Of a stretch of 64,000 bases of DNA, positions 19,701 through 28,002 are shown piece after piece. The stretch lies in assembly GCA_051872635.1 (NCBI GenBank), contig JBJEEA010000003.1, positions 6,236 through 70,235 on the forward strand, given 5' to 3'. Under the pieces are notes generated by a model. That model was not told the DNA's origin. It saw nothing but the letters and a program-made list of their open reading frames with translations, and made no database searches. This stretch comes from Bacilli bacterium (GTDB lineage: Bacteria > Bacillota_I > Bacilli_A > RF39 > UBA660). The translations under genes were made by a program, and so were the position numbers. Each line of letters begins with the position of its first letter. Within the stretch, counting starts at the first letter, position 1.

Positions 19701-21337
19701 TACCAGCACATTATAGATGTTTAAAATGTCAAACAAGTATTTTTAAAGATGAAGAAGGTAATGAACTCGGAGCTACTTATTCTAGCGGTTTTGATTTACC
19801 TGACAAGGTTTGTCCGAAATGTGGAGAAAAGATGTATAAAGATGGCCAAGATATGCCATTTGCAACATTTCTTGGCTTTAATGCTGATAAGGTTCCTGAT
19901 ATTGACCTTAACTTCTCGGATTTAAATCAAGCATCGGCACATGAATATACTAAAGTATTATTTGGTGTTGATAATGTTTATAGAGCAGGTACTATTGGTA
20001 CGGTAGCAGAAAAGACCGCTTTTGGTTTTGTTAAAGGTTATTTTGAAGATAAAGGTATTACGAATAAAAGGTCTTGTGAAATAGAAAGACTAGCGATGGG
20101 ATGCACAGGGGTTAAAAGGACAACTGGACAGCATCCTGGAGGAATAGTTGTTGTTCCAGATTATATGGATGTATCAGACTTTACACCTTTCCAATTTCCA
20201 GCAGAGGATCCTACTAGTGCATGGAGGACGACACACTTTGATTACCATGCTATCGATCAAGATTTACTAAAACTAGATATTTTAGGTCACTCTGATCCAA
20301 CACAGCTTAGACTTATTCAAGATTTAACTGGTACTGATGTTTCTAAAGTACCACTTGATGATAAGGAGACAATGAGTATATTTACTTCTACAAAAGCACT
20401 TGGTGTTACTAATGAACAAATTATGTGTGAAACAGGTACACTTGGGATTCCAGAGTTTGGTACACCATTTACGATTAGCATGGTCGCAGAAACTAAGCCA
20501 ACGACTTTTGCGGAACTTATTAAGATATCAGGTCTTTCTCATGGTACTGATGTATGGATTGGAAATGCAAGAGACCTCATTATTAATAATGTTGTTCCTT
20601 TTAAAGAAGTCATTGGATGTCGTGATGATATAATGGTATATTTGATGTATCATGGAGTTGAGCCTATCAAAGCATTTAAGATTATGGAATTTGTCCGTAA
20701 AGGTAAAGCTAGTAAAGATCCTGAAACTTGGGCTAAACATAAAGACACAATGGAAAAAGCCGGTATTGAACCTTGGTTTATTGATAGCTGCTTTAAGATT
20801 AAATACATGTTCCCTAAAGCTCATGCTGCTGCTTATGTTATTAGTGCTTTTAGAATTGCTTGGTATAAAGTTCATATGCCTGCTTACTTCTATGCTTCTT
20901 GGTATTCTACTAAAGCAACAGATTTTAATATTGAGGCTATGATTAAAGGATATGATGCTATTAAAAGTGCTCTTGTCGAAATTGAAAATAAAGGATATGA
21001 AGCTACTAATAAGGATGCTGGAGTATCTGAATGCTTGAAAGTGGCTCTTGAAATGGCCGCTAGAGGGATTAAGATAGCTAATTTTGATTTATATAAAAGT
21101 AAAGGACTTGTATTTACAGTAGAAGATGATAAAACGATTATTCCACCATTTAGTTCTATTGATGGACTAGGAGACGTCGTGGCTAAGAATATTGAGGCCG
21201 AAGCGTCTAAAGCGCCATTTATAAGTATTGAAGACTTTCAAACGAGATGTAAAGTATCACAAACTTTAATTGATAAGATGAGAGTTATGGGAGTATTTAA
21301 AGATATGCCTGAAACTAGTCAGCTTAGTTTATTTTAA
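16715..21337 (+). CDS. polC: DNA polymerase III alpha subunit, PolC type
   Basis: PHP motif VELHAHTMMSQMDG, inserted DEDDh exonuclease VVFDTETTG...HNAKFDISF...HRADYDA, zinc module CLKC...CPKCG, pol core PDIDLNFS. Confidence 0.97.
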   Translation: MQDKMKKLLDQIGMNNKYLEKASIEKIIVYDKTNLWEFIINNDKVLPVYIYDELCNKLKRTFKSINDIKVVINTLDDSNEYLEDYFDKLMNNLINESVKYKSFEGRNVRLQDSKYIFDTYNKAEYSYVIEKKEYLNKWLNRYGFKNNVEIILNENNEKEILNEIEKEKVVEMPAITPKKEVIQEVKTEEKKYFRPKKDTTVTPIKDLLYEVDNVTIEGMIFGIDMFEAKSGYKIITLKVTDNTDSIYVKMFTKDNEEYARIKDLLKEGAWYNFYGKVQMDKYANELTFTTRYKDVERIEAPIVNKIEDNEEVKRVELHAHTMMSQMDGITGIDLGKHTCELVSKAIEMGYRGVAITDHSGCQAFPIAYGIISSYNKKIEDPSKHFKGLYGTELTLVDDTVNIVIRPTDDSLMASTYVVFDTETTGFNAGGEDSMIEIGAVKIKEGNIIDRFDELIDPKRPLPQKITDLTCITDEMLKGKDDEETVTKRFLEWAGDLPLVAHNAKFDISFISSAMKKYNLGEFDYTVIDTLELSRALDQGFARHGLSALVKRYNVPWDEDAHHRADYDAEGTALVFHKMLQKLVMQNFNKISDLEKLISKDEIYKFGRTYHFNAIAMNKKGLKNLFKIISLANTTYLYKSPRILRSKLNELREGLLIGSGCYESEVFVEARSKEGEELTNIINFYDYVEVQPPEVYGHLIQTSDFKNEEEIKEHIRKIVDATHSAGKIIVATGDVHHFRREDKIYREIIVNQKVPGGGRHPLAKSSITNIPSQHFRTTREMLDDFAFLGKELSYEIVVTNTNKILDMVEEIEVIIDTGGIPFSPRVKSDDGKSYLDCPRVVTDLVFERAKEWYGDPLPHNIEERISKELYGDIVYKCWETKIKEDNPDINNEELEKEIFNNLHNTLVAGFDKVKELIREYVLKNWKEEDGKADDKAIEKRIKKELGGIIGGGFDPIYLIAQRLVKHSNDEGYLVGSRGSVGSSFVATMMGITEVNPLPAHYRCLKCQTSIFKDEEGNELGATYSSGFDLPDKVCPKCGEKMYKDGQDMPFATFLGFNADKVPDIDLNFSDLNQASAHEYTKVLFGVDNVYRAGTIGTVAEKTAFGFVKGYFEDKGITNKRSCEIERLAMGCTGVKRTTGQHPGGIVVVPDYMDVSDFTPFQFPAEDPTSAWRTTHFDYHAIDQDLLKLDILGHSDPTQLRLIQDLTGTDVSKVPLDDKETMSIFTSTKALGVTNEQIMCETGTLGIPEFGTPFTISMVAETKPTTFAELIKISGLSHGTDVWIGNARDLIINNVVPFKEVIGCRDDIMVYLMYHGVEPIKAFKIMEFVRKGKASKDPETWAKHKDTMEKAGIEPWFIDSCFKIKYMFPKAHAAAYVISAFRIAWYKVHMPAYFYASWYSTKATDFNIEAMIKGYDAIKSALVEIENKGYEATNKDAGVSECLKVALEMAARGIKIANFDLYKSKGLVFTVEDDKTIIPPFSSIDGLGDVVAKNIEAEASKAPFISIEDFQTRCKVSQTLIDKMRVMGVFKDMPETSQLSLF

Positions 21338-21384
21338 ATTTTCTATTATATTGATATTTTATAAAATAATATGTATATTAATGG

Positions 21385-22203
21385 GTGATTATATTGATTA
21401 AAGAATATTTATTAAAAATTGGATACAAGGAGAAAGACTATAAAAAGATTATGTCTACTCCTGGTGTTAAAGATCTCACTGATGAAGTATTACTGTATAA
21501 TATTTGCTGGAACTTTGTGTCTTTGCTTAGTTTAGGTTATCCTAGAAGAAGCGTTATAAAGATGACCAAAAAATTATCTCAGCTTTTTGGTATTACATAT
21601 AGTAATATTGAAAATAGGTTTAACGATTTAGTTAATCTTGGATACTCAAAGGATAGTGTTAGAAAGATGACTACAACGCTACCTCAGTTATATAGTATCA
21701 GCATGGAAGATAATATTTTACACAAAATTGATGATTTAAAGAAGCTTGGCTATACTTATGATGAAATTATTGCAATGACAAAGCTTCTTCCCCAATTATA
21801 TAGTTTTAGTATCAATTGTATTAAGGAAAAGATTAGAAATTTAAAGAAACTTGGCTATGACGAGGAGACAGTGCTATTTTTAACTAAAGAATTACCAGCA
21901 ATATACTCTATGTCTATCGAGAATATTACTGATAAAATTAATTTACTTAGAGATATTAATTTAGAGTTTGTGATTTTAAGTGAGCCAAAACAATTGATAC
22001 AAAGTTCTAAACTAACATATGCTAGATTTGCTTTTTTTAGGGATAAGAATATTACTATTAATGAAGATAATTACAAGAGATTATTTTATGATAGTAAGGC
22101 TTTTAAAAAATCTTTTGGTATTTCTAATGATGAAATATTAAAACTATACCATTACGAAGAATACTTACAAGAAAGGAAAAAGAAAAATGGAGGAACTTTA
22201 TAA
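21385..22203 (+). CDS. mTERF-like helical-repeat protein
   Basis: 5-6 tandem ~35-aa repeats of the type L.(K/N)LGY...(I/V)..MT..LPQLYS.S.E.I..KI (e.g. LVNLGYSKDSVRKMTTTLPQLYSISMEDNILHKIDD, LKKLGYTYDEIIAMTKLLPQLYSFSINCIKEKIRN); assignment from pattern memory only. Confidence 0.55.
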   Translation: MIILIKEYLLKIGYKEKDYKKIMSTPGVKDLTDEVLLYNICWNFVSLLSLGYPRRSVIKMTKKLSQLFGITYSNIENRFNDLVNLGYSKDSVRKMTTTLPQLYSISMEDNILHKIDDLKKLGYTYDEIIAMTKLLPQLYSFSINCIKEKIRNLKKLGYDEETVLFLTKELPAIYSMSIENITDKINLLRDINLEFVILSEPKQLIQSSKLTYARFAFFRDKNITINEDNYKRLFYDSKAFKKSFGISNDEILKLYHYEEYLQERKKKNGGTL

Positions 22204-22561
22204 TATTGGTTTAGATGATGAAAATATCAACAATATAATAGAAACTAATAAAGATATTCTAAATATTAGTAGTGAGGTTATTGTTTCATTAATAAATATT
22301 TTGAAAGAATGTAACTGTAGTGAACGTATAATTAGAAATATAATTACTTCAAATCCTTTTTATTTGAATAGAGATATCATCGATATAATGAATCTAATAA
22401 ATAAGCTTGATAGTATGAGTATTAGAAATTTGGATGTAGTCTTTGATACTAATCCTTGGCTACTTGATAAAGATGCAGATGATATTGACAGTTATATTAA
22501 TGAAAGTGGAAAAGAATTTGACGATGTAATAAATGAAATTGAATCTGGTATTATATTTTAG
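22187..22561 (+). CDS. Second, shorter mTERF-like repeat protein (17-nt overlap with upstream gene)
   Basis: LYNIGLDDENINNIIETNKDILNISSEVIVSLINILKECNCSERIIRNIITSNPFYL follows the same repeat logic; may be the 3' part of a once-fused gene. Confidence 0.45.
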   Translation: MEELYNIGLDDENINNIIETNKDILNISSEVIVSLINILKECNCSERIIRNIITSNPFYLNRDIIDIMNLINKLDSMSIRNLDVVFDTNPWLLDKDADDIDSYINESGKEFDDVINEIESGIIF

Positions 22562-22577
22562 TATTTAGTATAAAAAA

Positions 22578-22608
22578 TATTTCCCAAGATTATTTCCCGG
22601 GAAATAAT
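22578..22608. promoter_or_regulatory. Noc-binding site (NBS) A: full palindrome 22591..22606 plus upstream half-site 22578..22585
   Basis: tatttccc-aagat-TATTTCCCGGGAAATA; the 16-mer equals the B. subtilis NBS consensus. Confidence 0.8.
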
Positions 22609-22630
22609 TTATAAATAGAAAATAATATAT

Positions 22631-22657
22631 AAAGACTTTATTTTAAGTCTTTTTTTT
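22631..22657 (+). terminator. Rho-independent terminator of the mTERF-like genes
   Basis: aaagactt tatttt aagtcttt then T-run that merges into the polA -10 region. Confidence 0.7.
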
Positions 22658-22665
22658 AGTATAAT
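22648..22665 (+). promoter_or_regulatory. polA core promoter
   Basis: tcttttttttagtataat, identical to the polC promoter 18-mer; 27 nt before ATG 22693. Confidence 0.5.
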
Positions 22666-22692
22666 TAGTATATAGAAAGACTTGGTGATAAT

Positions 22693-25269
22693 ATGAAAAA
22701 GATAGTTCTAGTAGATGGTAATAATTTATTATTTAGAAGTTATTATGCTACTGCTTATACGGGAAATATAATGAGAAATAAAGAAGGATTTCCCACTAAT
22801 GCACTATACGGATTTGTCAATATGATTAATAAAATCATAGCAGAAGAAAATCCTGAATATATGATGGTAGCTTTTGATATTGGTAAAACTTTTAGACATG
22901 AAAAATATGATGAATATAAAGGTGGTAGAAAAGAGACACCAGAAGATTTGAAAGTACAATTTCCGGTAGCTAAGAAAATACTTACGGCAATGGGTATTAA
23001 ATATTTAGAATGTGCTGGATATGAAGCTGATGATATTATTGGTACAATAGCTCTATGGTGTGAAAAAGATCCAGAATATGAAGCACTTATTGTAAGTAGT
23101 GATAAAGATTTACTGCAACTTATAAGTGATGAAACAACAGTAAAACTTCTTAAAACTAAAGATTATATCATGATGGATAAAAAGACTTTTATAGAAACTT
23201 ATGGTTTTGAACCAATAAAAATGATTGATTTAAAAGCTTTAATGGGAGATGCTTCCGATAATATTCCTGGTGTTAAAGGTATTGGAGAAAAGGGGGCTAT
23301 TAAGCTTCTATGTGAATACGGATCTTTAGATGGTATCTATAATAATATTGATAAGATTAGTGGTGCTACTAAAATAAAACTCGAAGAGGGAAAAAAGGAT
23401 GCTTATTATAGTAAGGAACTTGTTACAATCTATAGAGAGGTACCACTAGAGAATATTTCTTTTGATGATCTTAAATACAAAGGAGAAAATGCTGATGAAC
23501 TTATCGATATTTTTAATGATCTAGGGTTTTATTCATTACTTAAGAAGATGGATACTCCTAAAAAAGAAGAAGTTAGTGTAGATAGTTTTAAAATTATTAG
23601 TAATATTGATGATGTAATTATAGATGAAGATACTGCTATATATTTAGATACTACTAATGAAAATTATCATGATGCTAAAATACTAGGAATTGCTCTATAT
23701 AATAGTAAACTATCTTGTTATATTCCTTATGGAATATTAAAAGATAATACTAGTTTACTTGATACTTCTTTTGATAAATATACTTATGATTTAAAGAAGA
23801 TGCTCGTAATGTTTAAAAGATATGGTATTAAAGTTAGTAATGTTATTTTTGATACGATGATTAGCGCTTACTTACTAAACTACGAAGTTAAAGATGATAT
23901 AGCTTATCTAGCGAGTGCAATGAACTATAATATTCCTGTATTTAATAAAAAAGAAGAGGTAAGTGATAAAGAAAAAGCAAATAGAGCTATTCTTAAGGCT
24001 AAGTTTATATATGAAACTAAAGATAAATTATGTAATGAAATGGATAAAGAAAAGATGTCAAGTTTGTTTTATGACATTGAAATGCCTCTTGCTAGTGTGC
24101 TTGCAGATATGGAAAGTGAAGGTATTAGAGTAGATAAACACATACTAGAGGAAATGGGTGAAGAAATTAAAATTAAACTTGAACTTATTACTAAAGATAT
24201 TTATAATTATGCTGGATGTGAATTTAATATTAATTCTCCTAAACAGTTAGGTGAAATATTATTTGATAAACTTAAACTACCTGGAGCTAAAAAGAACAAG
24301 ACAGGGTATACAACAGACGTAGATGTTCTAAAGAAACTTTCAGATTATCCGATTGTCAGTAAAATACTAGAATATAGAGCTTTAGCTAAGCTTTATTCTA
24401 CTTATATTGAAGGAATTATTAATACGATAAGAGATGATGGAAAGATTCATACTATTTATACACAAACACTTACGAGAACAGGAAGACTTTCTTCAATAGA
24501 ACCAAATCTACAAAATATTCCTATGCGAAGTGAATATGGAAGACTTATAAGAAAAGCTTTTTTACCAGAAGAAAATAGCGTAATACTATCATCAGATTAT
24601 TCACAAATTGAGCTTAGAGTATTTGCTCATTTATCTGGAGTTAAAGATTTAATAGATGCTTTTAAGAATGATATTGATATTCATACTAAAACAGCAATGG
24701 ATATATTTAATGTCCCTGAAGAAGGTGTTACTAGTAATATGAGAAGACAGGCTAAAGCTGTTAACTTTGGTATTTTATATGGTATTAGTAGTTTTGGTTT
24801 ATCAGAAGACTTAGGTATTCCAGTTAGAGAAGCTAAAGAATTTATTAATAGATATTTTGAAACTTATCCTGGAGTAAAAGATTATATGAATAAGGAAATT
24901 GAAGAAGCTAAAACAAAAGGATATGTTAAGACAATAATGAATAGAAAGAGAGTTATTAGTGAGTTAGCTAGTTCTAATTATAATGTTAAAGCGATGGGAG
25001 AGAGAATGGCTTTAAATACTCCTATTCAAGGATCTGCTTCAGATATTTTGAAGAAAGCGATGGTAGAAATTGATAAATTATTTAAAGAGAATAATATTAA
25101 AAGTAAGATGCTTCTTCAAGTACATGACGAACTTATCTTTAATGTATATAATGATGAAATTGATAAAGTTAAAGATATTGTGTATAATACGATGACTCAT
25201 GTATTTACTCTTGATGTACCTCTTGACGTACATATAGAAGTTGGTAATAATTGGTACGAAGCTAAGTAA
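22693..25269 (+). CDS. polA: DNA polymerase I
   Basis: 5' nuclease LVDGNNLLFRSYYA and GDASDNIPGVKGIGEK; pol motifs DYSQIELRV, RRQAKAVNFGILYG, QVHDEL. Confidence 0.97.
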   Translation: MKKIVLVDGNNLLFRSYYATAYTGNIMRNKEGFPTNALYGFVNMINKIIAEENPEYMMVAFDIGKTFRHEKYDEYKGGRKETPEDLKVQFPVAKKILTAMGIKYLECAGYEADDIIGTIALWCEKDPEYEALIVSSDKDLLQLISDETTVKLLKTKDYIMMDKKTFIETYGFEPIKMIDLKALMGDASDNIPGVKGIGEKGAIKLLCEYGSLDGIYNNIDKISGATKIKLEEGKKDAYYSKELVTIYREVPLENISFDDLKYKGENADELIDIFNDLGFYSLLKKMDTPKKEEVSVDSFKIISNIDDVIIDEDTAIYLDTTNENYHDAKILGIALYNSKLSCYIPYGILKDNTSLLDTSFDKYTYDLKKMLVMFKRYGIKVSNVIFDTMISAYLLNYEVKDDIAYLASAMNYNIPVFNKKEEVSDKEKANRAILKAKFIYETKDKLCNEMDKEKMSSLFYDIEMPLASVLADMESEGIRVDKHILEEMGEEIKIKLELITKDIYNYAGCEFNINSPKQLGEILFDKLKLPGAKKNKTGYTTDVDVLKKLSDYPIVSKILEYRALAKLYSTYIEGIINTIRDDGKIHTIYTQTLTRTGRLSSIEPNLQNIPMRSEYGRLIRKAFLPEENSVILSSDYSQIELRVFAHLSGVKDLIDAFKNDIDIHTKTAMDIFNVPEEGVTSNMRRQAKAVNFGILYGISSFGLSEDLGIPVREAKEFINRYFETYPGVKDYMNKEIEEAKTKGYVKTIMNRKRVISELASSNYNVKAMGERMALNTPIQGSASDILKKAMVEIDKLFKENNIKSKMLLQVHDELIFNVYNDEIDKVKDIVYNTMTHVFTLDVPLDVHIEVGNNWYEAK

Positions 25270-25282
25270 TGATATATTAAAT

Positions 25283-25310
25283 TATTTCCCGGGAAATATT
25301 TTGGGAAATA
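25283..25310. promoter_or_regulatory. Noc-binding site (NBS) B: full palindrome 25283..25298 plus downstream half-site 25303..25310
   Basis: TATTTCCCGGGAAATA-tttt-gggaaata; mirror image of site A. Confidence 0.8.
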
Positions 25311-25458
25311 ATTTTTTATATATTGATATGAACTATTAAAATATTATTTATACTTAATATAATTGTAATAGATTAGTAAAAATAATTAATAGTATGAAAA
25401 ACAACTTTATTTTAGATTTATTTTTTGGTACAATAGTTAATACAAAGAGGTGATGTTT

Positions 25459-26280
25459 ATGCCAGAACTACCTGAGGTCGAAACTGTTAAAGAAGAACTT
25501 AAACTTAGATTAGTTGGTAAAAAATTTAAAAGTGTTAATGTTTTATGGGATAATATTATTGCTTATCCTAGTAAAGAAGAATTTATTCATGAAATTAGCG
25601 ATAAAACTATAGTAGATATTAAAAGAAGAGGAAAATTTTTAATGTTTGATCTAGATGATTATTATCTCTTATCACATCTTAGAATGGAAGGTAAGTACTT
25701 TTTTAAAAATCATAATGATGAAATTAATAAACACGAGCATGTTATCTTTGATTTAGGTAATAGTGAAGAGTTAAGATATATGGATACGAGAAAATTTGGT
25801 AAGATGTATTTACTTAAAAAAGAGGAAATTAATAGTATAGGACCTCTTAAGGATTTAGGACTAGAACCTTGGGATGATAATCTTACTAGTAAGTATTTGT
25901 TAGATAAATATAAAAATAAAAAGTTACCTATTAAAACAGTTCTTCTAGATCAAAGTATTATTGTTGGTATTGGAAATATTTATGCTGATGAAATTTTATT
26001 TTTAGCAAAGATTAATCCTTTAAAGAGATGTAATTTACTTAATGAAGAAGAATGTACAAATATTATTAAGTATACTAAAGAAGTGCTAGAAAAGGCAATA
26101 AAAAAGGGAGGAACGACAATTAGAACATATAGTTCAGTAGATGGTGTACATGGATTATTTCAAAATGAACTATTAGTGCATGGTAAAGATAAGGGTAATT
26201 GTCCTAATTGTAATGAGAAAATTGATAAAATAAGAGTAGGAGGAAGAGGAACTTATTATTGTCCTAAGTGTCAGAAATAA
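25459..26280 (+). CDS. mutM: Formamidopyrimidine-DNA glycosylase
   Basis: MPELPEVE catalytic N-terminus (start moved to ATG 25459), C-terminal zinc finger CPNC...YYCPKCQ. Confidence 0.93.
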   Translation: MPELPEVETVKEELKLRLVGKKFKSVNVLWDNIIAYPSKEEFIHEISDKTIVDIKRRGKFLMFDLDDYYLLSHLRMEGKYFFKNHNDEINKHEHVIFDLGNSEELRYMDTRKFGKMYLLKKEEINSIGPLKDLGLEPWDDNLTSKYLLDKYKNKKLPIKTVLLDQSIIVGIGNIYADEILFLAKINPLKRCNLLNEEECTNIIKYTKEVLEKAIKKGGTTIRTYSSVDGVHGLFQNELLVHGKDKGNCPNCNEKIDKIRVGGRGTYYCPKCQK

Positions 26281-26377
26281 TATTAAACATAATTAATGTA
26301 GCTAAATAAGTTACATTTTCTTTTTTTTATTGACTTTGCTATTAATCGTATGATATTTTTAGTCTAGGTGATTCGTT

Positions 26378-26794
26378 ATGAATGATGAGATGTTTAGACT
26401 TTCATTAATTGAGCTTATGAATAGTGATTTACTTAATGATTTTGTTAATTCAATATTTGACTATAATCTTAAAGAAGATGAATATATTTATATACAGTAT
26501 AAGATTATAAAAAATAATATTGTTCTCAATTTTTTTGATAATGGAAAAGAAAATAGATTTAAAGCCTATATTTTTTCTTTAAATGATTTTAGTAATGATG
26601 ATGAAAGTGTAATTTATGTAAATATTAATAACTGCCACTACGAATATAGGGATAAGGGTGTTAATAATGTTAGTAAATTATCTTTATTAGGAGCTCTTCT
26701 TAAAACAGATAAGGATTATGAAAAAAAAGAGATTATTGACTATCTCTTTAAAAATAATATGAATAAGATATTTATAGATAATTTTATTTTATAA
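26378..26794 (+). CDS. Hypothetical protein
   Basis: ORF with SD (aggtga); no recognisable motif; 3' end overlaps convergent tmcAL by 11 nt. Confidence 0.45.
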   Translation: MNDEMFRLSLIELMNSDLLNDFVNSIFDYNLKEDEYIYIQYKIIKNNIVLNFFDNGKENRFKAYIFSLNDFSNDDESVIYVNINNCHYEYRDKGVNNVSKLSLLGALLKTDKDYEKKEIIDYLFKNNMNKIFIDNFIL

Positions 26795-27914
26795 TTGGTT
26801 TCTTTTGATATTCTCTTTTTATTAATTCTTTATCTGTTACTAAAGAATATATCTTGGTTACTTCTAATTCTTTATCAAGTATCTTAGATATATTTTTTTT
26901 ATATCCTGTTATAATTGGAACTTCGATGTCCTTTTTTATTTTATTTAAATAAGATTTACCTCTTTCGTTAAAGCCTAATATTCTTATATAGTCTAGTTCT
27001 ATATTTTGAGCTTCTTCTTTAGTAAAACTTGTTAAAATGTGAAGAAGCATACGAGATATTTTATTATAAGTATATCTTTTACTTTTAATATTATTTATTA
27101 ACTCTTCATAACTATATGAGTCATTTATTTTATTTACAAGACAATTTTCTATTCCTTCATCGACAGTTTGATAGATATTAATTTTTTTATCTTCAGATAT
27201 TATTTTATATTTTAAGTATGGAAAGAAATTATTCATATTTATTTTATAGAGAACATTAGAATCATATGGGATTAAATTACTAATGTCTTTATCTTGATTA
27301 TATAATAATCTTATATGTGAAGCTGAAGTTATGTTATTAGCCATTTCTATTCCATGATAAGAGGTAGTTCTTTTTATATTTACTATGTTAATATTCTTCT
27401 TGCTAGTTTTTATTTGTTTAATATATGAAAGAGCAAGTAAATCATTAGGACTATCTATTTTTATTCCTGTTAATTCTAAAATAGCCTTATTAGTCGCAGT
27501 TGGATAATTTATTCCTTCTCTTAAATATTTTTTAACTAAATTATTGTAATCTTTATTATTTAGTTGTAAATCTGCGACTTTTTTTATATCTTCAATATTT
27601 TCTCTTTCGGTCCCAAAGACTAGAGTATCAATATTAAGATGTTCTAATATTTTAATAGCTCCTTTGGCAAAAAGGTCAGAACTTTGAGTAGCATAAACAA
27701 AGGGAAGTTCTACTACTAAATCTATATTGTTATTTAAAGCTATTTTAGTTTTATCCCATTTATTTAGTATTGAAACATCTCCTCTTTGGGTAAATGAGGA
27801 AGAGACTACCGCGATTAAGATGCTATTAGGAAACATTTCTTTTATTTTATTTATTTGATATAAATGGCCATTATGAAAGGGATTATATTCCACTATTAAA
27901 CCTATTATATGCAT
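26784..27914 (-). CDS. tmcAL: tRNA(Met) cytidine acetate ligase (YlbM/UPF0348 nucleotidyltransferase)
   Basis: IGLIVEYNPFHNGHLYQI N-terminal HIGH-like motif typical of YlbM/TmcAL; start set to ATG 27914 behind GGTGA. Confidence 0.8.
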   Translation of the reverse strand: MHIIGLIVEYNPFHNGHLYQINKIKEMFPNSILIAVVSSSFTQRGDVSILNKWDKTKIALNNNIDLVVELPFVYATQSSDLFAKGAIKILEHLNIDTLVFGTERENIEDIKKVADLQLNNKDYNNLVKKYLREGINYPTATNKAILELTGIKIDSPNDLLALSYIKQIKTSKKNINIVNIKRTTSYHGIEMANNITSASHIRLLYNQDKDISNLIPYDSNVLYKINMNNFFPYLKYKIISEDKKINIYQTVDEGIENCLVNKINDSYSYEELINNIKSKRYTYNKISRMLLHILTSFTKEEAQNIELDYIRILGFNERGKSYLNKIKKDIEVPIITGYKKNISKILDKELEVTKIYSLVTDKELIKREYQKKPIIK

Positions 27915-28002
27915 AATTATCACCGGTTATATAATAACATAAATAAAATAAACATACAATATTTTATAGAATAAAGAAAGAGAAGAAAGTTATTTTTCTT
28001 CT

